From positions 14,386,001 through 14,450,000 of the forward strand of contig CM052832.1 in NCBI GenBank assembly GCA_028534125.1: a DNA stretch of 64,000 nucleotides. The letters run 5' to 3'. A program made the translations under genes and the position numbers. Shown one piece after another: positions 53,495 through 64,000 of the stretch (position 1 is its first letter; each line of letters starts with the position of its first letter). The notes beneath the pieces are model-generated. The model saw only the letters and a program-made list of their open reading frames with translations. It did not search any database and had not been told where the DNA came from. This DNA is from Lama glama (taxonomy: Eukaryota).

Positions 53495-54789
53495 TTTTGT
53501 TGTTGTTGTTTGTATTTGTTTAATATGTCTCTCTCTTTTGACTGCAAGTCTCTCAGAAGCTGCGTTAAGTGTCTATTTTGTTTACTATTTCACTTCTGTC
53601 TGCCCAGCACCCAGAACAATGAGCACATGTAGGCTCTCAATGAATATGTTGGATGAATGAGTGAGCAAGCCGTTAAAGAAGGGTGGCATTTCAAGAAGAA
53701 ATGGAGACAGCCATTCCAGTAGGGGGAAAGGCATAAGCCAAAGTGTAGAGGAAAACAGTGGGTAAAGGAATTGACTGGAACCAGAAAAACAGAGGAGAAG
53801 ATAAGAGAGAAAGCCAAGTACAGAAGCTGGAACAGGGTCATTCCCTGGAGAACCATGAATCCAGGCTGAGGAATTTGGACTTTGTACTGAAGCAGTAGGG
53901 CACCAAGGAAGGTTTCCAGTCAGGGGAGATAATACAAAATATTCAGGAAAGTGACAGGGCAACCACTCGTAAGATGGACTAGAGGCAAAGTCTAGAGGTG
54001 GGCAGAATACTGAGAAGGTGGCTGGTGCGGTGATACCAGGAAGGCAGGTGGGAACAGAGAGGAAGGGGAGAGATTCTGGGAGGACACCTTAGTGACTGAC
54101 ACAGGATGGGGAGAAGAGGAAGAGTTCAGAGTCAAGGGTACATGAGGGCTTGGGACACTGTTTAGGGGGCCAAGCCTGGCAGTCATTTATACACAAGTTT
54201 TCCCAGTTCTCCTCTATCCTATTGAGTTAAACAGAAAAACTGGTACAAAAGCATCTTAATCTACAAATTAAGGTTGTGGTGAGTCCTGTAGCTGTGAAAC
54301 AATGCCTGAGATGGTCTGAGACAAGGACTAGGCAGGATGACTCTGCCGTTAGGCAGAGAGTAGGCAGAGTCACTGTTCCTTGATGGGGTACAGGGAAGAC
54401 CTACATTGATTTGGCCAAAAAGCACAACAGGGACAAAGTTGAGCCCTATGTCCCAGGCAGGAAGCACAGGCAGAAGCTCCACAAGGCAACAAGCAGCTCT
54501 CAGTCACTCCCCAGAGCAGCTTTCTGTATGGCCTCCTGAGGGGGACGTGGGGGCTCTGGAAGAGTCATGCATACCGTCCTTGGTTTGGGCTCACTGACAA
54601 ACTGATCCCCTTAATTTTTCAGGAGAGCAGGAAGCACATCAAACTCCCTGACAAAGCATTACCAGATGGCATGTGACAAATAAAAGCTCATCAAAAACAG
54701 TTAACACAACCTTTAATGATGTCATACAACTTCAGGAGGACCTGATGACCTGGACGCCTTCAGAGAACAGCCAGGACAGAAGCAGTCTG

Positions 54790-55140
54790 AGAACAAGACA
54801 TCTGAGGAGAGGGAGAAGGAACTGAGGTACCTGGCAAGGAAATGAGAAGCTTTGAAGGTGGGATGACATAATTGCAGCATCAAATATCTGAAGAGCTGTT
54901 AAGCAGGACAGTGTGCGTGATCCACAAGGTAGAACCAGAACTGATGGGGTGGCAGTCAGATTTTAGCTGGGAATGAGAAAGGAGTGTCCACAGTTTCACA
55001 CAAGTAATGGCGGATGGCAAAAGGGGGTCACCTGGGGATTCCAAGCAAAGGCCTGAAGATCACTTCAGGGGCCATGGAAATGACTTTGTTCATAAGGCAG
55101 CTGGACAACACTGTAACTCAGGTTTCTTCCAATTTCTTGA
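54790..55140. mobile_element. Ancient CR1/L3-like fragment
   Basis: catcaaatatctgaagagctg...gtagaaccagaactgatggggtggcag...agattttagct. Confidence 0.35.
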
Positions 55141-55614
55141 TTTGAGAATTCGCTAGAAATCACCATATCACTCTGTAAGTCACAAAAGAAACACCTAACA
55201 GTCTTCCATCCCAGACATCAGTAAAGGGAAGAAGTGCTTTGAACCTTAATAGTGAAAAGGAAAATCTATGCTTTTCCCCAGGAGTTCTCTCTTTCAAACT
55301 ACTTTCCTTTATACAATCTAGACTAAATTTTTTTTCTGGAGTTGGGGAGAAAAGTAAAATAGTGCTGCAATAATTTGGGTTTAAATGAGAGGAACTGAAG
55401 AGTAACTGCTAATTAATGTCAAAACAAAAATTCAGCTCACCTATATGCTAACAACAATCTCATCAAGGCTTAGAAGCTCCAACTGGCTTCCCTCATTTAA
55501 CAACTTCAACATCTTAGGCAAGTCATTTCAGCTCTCAAACTTTAATTTCTTCACTTGGAAACCTAAATCAAATAGTGGGCAAGATCAAATAGTTGTCATA
55601 AAAACCAACAGGAT

Positions 55615-56830
55615 GTTTGGTCTTGGCAACGATTTTTTGGATTTGACGCCAAAAGCAAAGGCAACAAAAGCAAAAACAAACAAGTGGGATTATATCGAAC
55701 TAAAAAGCTTCTGCACAGTAAAGGAAATCAATCAGTAACAAAATGAAAAGGTAACTAATGGAATGGGAAAAAATATTTGCAAACAACATAGCTAATAAGG
55801 GGCTAGTATCTAAAATATACAAAGAACTCATTCAACTCAATAGCAAAAAGCCTCAAATAACTCAATTTAAAAATGTGCAAAAGACATAGACAGACATTTT
55901 TCCAAAGAATACATACAAATGACCAACGGTTACATGAAAAGGTGCTCAACATCATTAAGCATTAGGAAAATGCAAATCAGAACCACAGTGAGATATCTCC
56001 TCACATCTATCAGAATGGCTGTTATCAAAAAGACAAAAGTGTTGGTGAGGATGTGGAGAAAATAGTGTACAAACCCTTGTACACCGTTGGTGGGAATGTG
56101 AGCTAGTACAGCCACTATGGGAAACAGAACTACTATAAGATTCAGCAGTCTCACTTCTGGGTAAATATACAAAGGAAGTAAAATCATTATCTCAAAGAGA
56201 TATCTGTATTCCCATGTTCTTGGCAGCATTATTGACAATAGCCAATGTATAGAAACAACCCAAGCCCGCTGATAGAACAAATAAAGAAAATGTGGAACAT
56301 TACTTTTTCATTTTATAAAAACAGATCATAATATTGTGAATTAAAATATTATACAATTTAATATTATTCAGCCTTAAAAAAGAAGGAAATCCTATCATGT
56401 CATACAACATGGATGAACCTGGAAGGTATTTTGCTAAGTGAAATAAGCCAAGAAAAAGAAAGACAAATGACTCAAGGCATCATTTATGTGTGGAAACTTA
56501 AAAAACAAAAACAAAAACAAAAAAACCCTCACAGAACCAGGGGAAATAGGAAAAGCTGATAAAAGGGTATAAACTTTCAGTTATAAGATGAATAGAGGAC
56601 CTAATGTATGCCATAATGATTACAGCTATTAACACTGCACTATATAATTGAAATTTGCTAACAGAGTAGAACATAAACATTCTCTCACATGCACACAAAA
56701 AGGTAAATATGTAGGGTGAGGGATGTATTAACACAATGGGGGGAGTACTTTCAGATTGTGTATGCATATTAAATCATCACATTGTATACCTTAAGGATCC
56801 TACAATTCTATCTTACCTCAACAAAGTTGG
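55615..56830 (+). mobile_element. 5'-truncated L1 (ORF2 C-terminus and 3' UTR)
   Basis: [36 protein letters not shown]; acaacatggatgaacctggaagg; gctaagtgaaataagcca. Confidence 0.9.
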
Positions 56831-57900
56831 GAAAAAGTCAACTGAATGTTCATCATTCCTTGTATAAAAACAAACTTAAAAACAATTCCAGAAAAAATAA
56901 AGATTTTTAAGTGAAAAAAAAATTAAGTGAAATAAAAACTGAAACTATAAAAGTACAAGAAGAAAATTCAAAAATCTTTTTTTTGGGGGGGTATTCTTAT
57001 CGTAAGGAAAGTACTTTTAACTAGGACATAAAGCCTTAGTTTAAAAAAAAGTCATTGAAGAAAAAACTGAAAGATTCAGCTATATAAAAATTTATAATTT
57101 CTGCATGTTAAAAAATAAAATACTAAATACCATAAACAAAGCCAAACAACTCATATCACAGTCAATTTCTTCAAACATAAAGAGCTTCTACAAATGAAAA
57201 GAGATCAATTCAACAATTAAAAAAAGAAAAGGAACAAGCAGAATCCAGAAAAGTGTTTCTGAAAAGATACTACCTCACTCTTAATAAAAGACACTCACTT
57301 TAAAACTATACTAAAATAACAATACCAATCTGCTAACCAAAAAGATAAAAAAAGCTGACAACCCCCAGACTGGTAAGGTGTAGAGAAACAGGCTCTGTGT
57401 AGATGAGGGTAAATTTAACATGCATAAGCTCTTAAAAATACCTGTTCACCTTCTGGAAATTTATCTTAAAATAATTTTGTATAAGGAAATGCACTGCAGT
57501 ATTACTTTTAATTAGTAAAAACTTGGTTACATCCAGAATGTGCATCTATAGGAAACTTTATGATAAATGATAACATGGATGCTATGAGGTATAAAAATGA
57601 AAAGGAAACATTTCATATGTAACTGGAATGATTTTCCAAAAAATATTATTACATGAAAAAAGTGAGACTCAGAGCAGTATGCATAACATGGCACCATTTA
57701 TGTTAACAAGAAGAAAAAATACCCAACGTGTCTGAAATGCTTACAGATGCACAGACTATTTCAGAAGGGATACTCGAAAAACTTGGTATAGGAACTGGGT
57801 GCCTGGGGACCAGAGAGGGAGGGAGACTCTTTAAAAATCATGTACTCTTCAGTACCTTTTAAATGCCAGCCGTATTCAGGTACTATAACTTTTCAAAAAA
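56831..57900 (+). mobile_element. Older degraded L1 fragment
   Basis: A-rich sequence with degenerate ORF2/3'-UTR motifs (aaactataaaagtacaagaagaaaa, ggtaaggtgtagagaaacagg). Confidence 0.55.
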
Positions 57901-60900
57901 TTCCCAAGGTACAAAAATTCCATTTCCAGACTTCTGGCCTAGACTTCTACCCACAGTTGGACGTGGAGGTTAATTCAAATATTCCCTCCAAGGGCCCAGA
58001 GCAGCTCAGGACCTTGGGGCTTGGCTGTTCCCACCCTTGCAGTGCACTCCTCTGCCACTGCACCCCAAGTTCCACGGTATTCTCTCCGGTTTTATGGGCC
58101 AGCACAGAGGGCTGGGCTAGCCCCTGAAGATAAACTTCTCCAGGATCATTCACCTTCCAGGTGTCTGGAAGGGAAGCTATTTCCCCAGCAGCAAAACCCA
58201 GGCCGGTGTGCCCAACTGCATAACACACAAGGCACTCCCATGGTTTTGGGGGAGGTTCTGTTGAAAATAGCTAGCTCTAGAGCAGAAAGGAACTGGAACA
58301 TTTATACAAACCATACCATTTCAACTGAGTTTACAATGGCTTCCTGGTTGTTTAAATCAGGACAGGGAAGAACAGACTGCCAGACAAATTGTCATTTGTA
58401 GGCCCCTAGTGAGCGTAGGCAGTTTTCCACCTGTCCAAATAAATAAACAGGCTGCTTTGAGTTATGGACAGGTGGGTCCTGTGGCACTGGAGACTGGGTT
58501 ATTAGAGCTCACAAGTAAGACAGGACAGGATGCCTGGGAAAGAGTGCTCAGCATCTTGGCCCTGCCCAGAATCTTTAGGCCATAAACATTCCTCTTACCT
58601 GCTGGCTACTCACCTGGTGGCACTGAAAAGGAACAACTATGGGGGAAAGTAGGACAAAGGAAAGTAAAGGAATCTTAGGCAGGGAGGGCAGCCTTCCGTG
58701 AAAACGCAGAGCTGAGATAGGAAATGACATTTTTGAGGGTGTTGGCACAACACCGGCATCCAGAAAAGAGCTCTGTGTTATTACTGAGGGTCACAAATTC
58801 CAAAGGAAGCCCAAGTGAGGTCCAGGTTAATTGCTTTCCTAGGGTCTTATATAATTAAAAGCTTGCCCCTCACTGTCTGGTCAGGTAATTACTGAGCTGC
58901 CACTCTGACCGCACAGCACATCTCTGAACAAACCAAACTTCTCTGGGGTCTGTTCATTTCAAGGAGGGAAAAACACAGAAACACAGTTGTCCTGTGAGAA
59001 TGCTGTGAGTCAGCTGCTTTTGCTCTACTTCATGGGGCTCTGTGTGAGCCACAGATGATGAGAGCTAAAGCAGCCAGCAGCAGGTCACCTGAGCAGATTT
59101 ACTGGGAAGGAACAAGGACAGACCAGAGACATCAAAATGTCTGGCATGTCAACTTGAACCAGACTTAGATGCCTGCATGCACTACCCATTCACTAACCAG
59201 GCAACCACAGTCCCTGGGAATGGCTGGCCCCCAGCAAGACACACCAGACAGATGTAAGTGATTCATCATCTGAAATAACACAGGACTCACACTCCCCACC
59301 CATACATGCGTGCACATATGCACAAAAAGACAATCTCTGTACCTGGTGTCTAATAAGCTCCCTAAGTCCACCAAGGGTCAGAGAATATCTGAGGCCACCA
59401 GCATCTAACACTCTGACTGTAATTAACTGTTTGGAGCCCGTGGGCTTGGTTCCTGAGAAGAAGCATTTAAGATTAATCAGGCCACCAGCCCTTAAGGTGC
59501 CTCCCAAGGGCATCAGCAAGCACGGTTCTGTGTTCCAGAGGATGGTGCTGATACCCACTCACTGGCCTTGACTCCCCGAACACTGAGGACTGTGCCATCC
59601 TCCTCTCAAAGGGTCTCCTGTTTTCAGACTCCTGGCCATTTTCTGGTCTAAATAATTTTGAATTCCCTTCCCTTTGCTTTATAATCCTGGTTTTAAGATT
59701 TTATTTCTGCTCTGAGCCTGTGATGCACTTATAGAAATGTATTTTCTAAGACAATGACCTAGAGCCCAATCCCTCTGTCAGAACCCACCCAATGATTCTT
59801 GCCCAGGATGACAAGGACAAGGATGAACTATGAGAAATTCTTAGAAATTCTGATTTCATGCTAATTCAACAGTTTACAAAATATGTATGTGCGTATGCGC
59901 ATATGCACATAGGTATGTATATATGCATGTTTAAAAAGTCACCCAACACAATTTAACAGAAAAAAATCAGGGGCAAAAATTAAGAGGAGAAAAGTAGCAG
60001 GTGGCAGTCGTGGCGAAAGAGAAAGAAAGTTCAAAATAAAATATAGGTAATAAGGTATATTTGTAGGACAATGCAAGTGTAAAATGGAATTTTAAACCTC
60101 TCTTACAGCAGAAATAACTGTGTACAAACAGAGGAAGCAGCTCAGTAGCTCTGCTTGTCCCTGCCCCCGCACGGCTCCCTCTCTCCCCAGAGGCCCTTCG
60201 CAGGCTGCCCCACCCAACTGTGGCCCCGACCCAGTTCTAGCCCTCTTCTCAGCTTTAATCTTTTCATCAGCAGTCTCATCACCAACCAGCCTACTATGCA
60301 TTTTACATTTTGCCTTCTTTTAGTTTTCTTTCCTCTCTAGTCTTCTAGAAAGTTAGTTCCATGAGGCAGGGTGTTCTGTTCACTGCTCAACTCCAGTGTT
60401 TAGAACAGTACCTAGAACAAGGCAGGGACTCAGCAAATTACTTGAGTTAATGTATAATTATAATAAAACTATACCTCAATTTTCTATTATTGCCAATTAT
60501 GTGAAAATACCTCTACTTGTTTCCCAAACACAATTGCTTAGAATAACATAAGATCAACTACTATTCCCTAAATTATATAAAATCACTCAGTCTGTATCCC
60601 ATTGATGCTGTTACTGGAAAAAAAGAAGGAAGAGATACAAAGCCAGAACCAAAGTGTATAAAGAATGTCCCAGAAAATGTTTCTTTCTCTGATTCTCAGC
60701 ATTTATACGCACTGGAATAAAGACCAAATTCTTCTCATATATTCACCCACATTCACTGACACCAGCACTCTGGGTCTGGTATTAAAAAACAAAATGTAAT
60801 GAAACAAAAAAAAAAAAAAAAAGAGAAAAGGGACATTCTCATCTTGCTTGTGATTTCACACATACCACAGAATCCTTGCGTGGTGCTTGATGGTGCCTGT

Positions 60901-61373
60901 CTTGCTGCAGCTAAATGGAACTAGACTGTTTGTCAAAAGACCAGGGGCAGACAGTTGGGGGGGGCAATGTGGGGGAGGGGTGAGCTATCACCGCAAGTAG
61001 TAAAGTGAGGTGTAGAATATAAAAATGGGTAAACCCTGGCAAAAACGTTAAAAAGAGAAAATAATAGGAAAATCCTGGTGGAGAAGGCTGAGAATGAAAG
61101 GCTATTAGGAAAGCTTCTCTTGATGCCACCAGTAAAAATAAGAATGAAAAGGAAAAATACAAGAGAAAAGAAGGAAGAAAGTAAAAAGACAGGAAAGAGC
61201 ACAGATGAAAAGGGGTAAAGAACCAGAAGGCAAAAAAAAAAGAAAAGAAAAGAAAGAAGCAGGATGAGTACAAAGACAGGGAAAGTACCAATGAGGAACT
61301 CTGGATAAGCAGAGAAAAGTATGAAAATGAGGAAAGAAATAAAAATCAGGGTCCCAGATGCTCAGGATGAAAC

Positions 61374-62219
61374 GTGAAGGGCAGCAGCAGGGAGGGCACC
61401 CTTCCAGGCCAGGTCCGAGCTGCCTCGCCCTTCCAGTAAGCTGGCCAGTGAGAGGTCTGAGGTCACCAAGAGACTGTGGAGGGCTGCTTGGTGGGGATGG
61501 GTCAGGGTTGAACACACCCATCTTCTCTCAGAGCTAACTGCAGAGCCAGGACTCCAGCTTATCCACAACACCATCATGTTTCTTCTGTTAGCATCAAGGC
61601 CACGGAAATGCCCCCCTTTTTTAAAATCTAGGCTAACAAAAATCGCCTGACTTACCAGATAACAAGGCCAAAACTGTTTATTCAGGCCTGCCTATAAAAT
61701 AAGGGAGATTATTTTTAAAATAAGAAGAAAACTAGAAAACAAAAAAATACCCTCAATCTTACCAAGCCACTTAAAACCAAGGGAAATTTAGAGGTTCTAG
61801 CATAAAGGTTGTGACTCCTGTATACACCCAGAAGCATCTCAAATTGGCAATCTAGGCTCCAATTTGTCCCCAGAGGTAGGAGTATCACATTCTTGGTTAG
61901 AGTGGGAGGGCTAGGATCAGCAAAAAGGACTACACAGCATGCTTGTTCACATAATAAGGAACAATCCACACTGCAGAGTGTGGAAAGTTTAGCATGGAAA
62001 GTTTAGCAGAAACTCAAGCCCTAATCTTTCTGTTTTACGTCTCAGTCATTCTTGCACACCCAACCCTCAAGAGTTAATAGCAACCAAAGCCTCCGCGGAG
62101 CTGAACCAATCAGCATTTCTCCTGATGACATCATGCCTCCAACTGGACAGCTTGCTGGAAAGGGCGAGGCCTCTGGGACCTGGTCTGGAAGAGTGCCCTC
62201 CCTGCTGCTGCCACTTCAC
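61374..62219. repeat. Imperfect inverted repeat: ~95-bp arms (61374-61468 and 62123-62219), ~650-bp spacer
   Basis: gtgaagggcagcagcagggagggcacccttccaggccaggtcc... matches the reverse complement of ...ggacctggtctggaagagtgccctccctgctgctgccacttcac. Confidence 0.85.
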
Positions 62220-62957
62220 TTCTCATGGAGGGATTCAAGGGCCAAGGGTCCCCTCGGCTACCATTTCAGATGATACCAGGACCAACCCCCAAATCCTTGA
62301 CCAGAAATTATTCTCAGCTTATACAAAATGCATACAAAGCATGTCCCTGCTCTTCACCCATTTCTCACTAGTTTAATATTTATGAAAGCTGATTATAAAG
62401 CAGGAATTTATCACTTAAGCCTTTAGCCAAGTTTTAAATGACTCAAATGTTTACACTAAGTAGACAAGCCTTCTGTGGTTTTCTCTTTCCTAAACTTCAA
62501 TCCCATTCAAAGGCAGATATGTGAGAGACCTATTTGACCCCACAGACCTTTTATATATTTACACCACAATCTGCCCAGGAGGTTATTTTTGTTCTTCTTG
62601 TGAGAAGCATTTGTTTCAGACATGAATTGCTGCTGCTGTGTTGTGGGTGTGTACCTGTGGGTGTGTACAGTGCAGGGACAGAGGAGGACAACAGACTAGG
62701 AGCACACAACTGAAATGCTGACGACACTGCCAACTGGGTGGAAGAACAGGTTTCTTCCCTATAGCTGAAAGTGGGAAAGGCTTCAAGTTAAGTGATGAAT
62801 TTCTCTTGCATCCCAGCACCCTGAATATCCATGCCTGCTGGTTCATCTGCAAATGAAGATTAATTTACAATTTATATGCAAGAGCCATGTTTACTGCTCC
62901 AGCACAGAGCCATCTATGGTTGTTCAGAGTTGACAGAAACAGCACTAGAAATGTTTG

Positions 62958-63270
62958 TATCACTTAGGGTCCCTGCAGGGAAAAGATGGCACATTGGAAC
63001 TGGGGAACTGAAGGAGATTAATAAAGGGATTATTTACACAGGGTTGAGTAGGGATGGGAGCTGGTCACAGCCTGGAGCCCCAGGCTGGGAAAGCCAAGGG
63101 GAGGGACTGGTAACTGGAAGGCAGAGAGAGCAGCTATAGGAAAGGGTCCCTCACAGGACTGGTGGGCTTCCGTGGAGGGACACAGCCAATCCAAGATTTC
63201 CTTGGCTCCACATGGGTCAGCTTCTGAGAGTGTAGGGAACGCACTGAAGGGCAGATGGAAAATGGCCTGC
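62958..63270. mobile_element. Old MLT1-like LTR fragment
   Basis: ttagggtccctgcagggaaaagatggcaca...aataaagggattatttacacaggg. Confidence 0.45.
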
Positions 63271-64000
63271 ACAGTGTCTAATGATGGAGAGCAGTTTAAA
63301 GAACAACAAACTAATTGACCTTATGATACAACCAGAGAATTGAAAATGATGCCTTTTAGAATGAAGATCTGAATCCAGACCTTACTGACACTGCCATGGT
63401 AAGATATTCACAACGCACAGCAGTTAGGTAAGAAAAGCAAACTATAAATCAGTAAATATACTAATACCCCACATTTGGATATACATCCAATGTTAACAGA
63501 GGTTAACTATGCAGAGAGATGTAGGTGATTTTCCCACTTACCTGTATACTTTAAGGTTTTATTTATGGACAGCTTCTCAGTTTAACTTGGATTATGCCCT
63601 CAAGGGATCATTAAGATAACAAACTGGCTGACTTGACTGGAGAACACAGAAAGTTTCTGCTGAAGCTTGGATTTAGATCTGCTCTTAGGCTGAGTGCTTT
63701 TAAAAGTAAACTCGGTTTTACTTCTTTGTTACCAAATATATAACAGAAAATAGGGAGAATACAAATGTCACTAATGGATACTGTCAGGGATTCTCCTTAA
63801 CCAGGCTGATGTGTTCAGAAGCCAGCTTGTCCAGGAGACTCACAAGGGCCACACTAACCACCTGCGAGGAGCAGGCTGTGTTTGGAGAAAGTGACTCCTG
63901 CTCTGTCAGCGGTGCCCGTTCCCCCAGCTATATGCCCCTTTATCCCAAACACCCAGCCAATCAAGTTGCCGCCGCTGGCCATGATGGAGAATACACTGGA

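Noticed and set aside
59005..59014. AP-1/ARE-like GTGAGTCAGC
   Set aside because: A single short motif is expected by chance in 64 kb.
60911..61291. Phe/Leu-rich 'membrane protein' ORFs on -
   Set aside because: A consequence of the pyrimidine-rich low-complexity strand.
63950..64000. CCAAT box and ATG at the window edge
   Set aside because: Truncated context; cannot support a promoter or exon call.
1..64000. Prokaryotic-type systems (CRISPR arrays, operons) or a new intronless gene
   Set aside because: The sequence is spliced mammalian DNA; I saw no repeat-spacer array, rRNA, NUMT or retrogene.

Overview
Mammalian genomic DNA, probably a camelid judging from short tRNA-Ala-like SINEs resembling Vic-1. 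Two genes converge tail-to-tail. The last five coding exons of TCP11 lie on the + strand (225-2980, polyA signal 3153). The 3' half of ANKS1A (Odin; SAM-SAM-PTB region) lies on the - strand, with exons from 31699 down to a terminal exon ending near 14800. The interval 31700-64000 shows no recognisable ANKS1A exon and is read as one large intron. The intergenic interval is mostly old L1 carrying triple-nested MLT1 LTRs and a younger L1 with a TSD. I found no evidence of a wholly new biological system. The best leads are: a frame-preserving Cys/His-rich cassette exon in ANKS1A; a splice/retention switch between the C-termini ...STN* and ...STKYETTIF* (PDZ-binding), with two miR-124 seed matches in the retained intron; an ANKS1A SAM1 exon missing at a 500-N gap; an internally deleted ERV with a tRNA-Lys PBS; and an unexplained ~95-bp inverted repeat pair near 61.4/62.2 kb. 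Gene and repeat-family names come from recognition, not from database searches.
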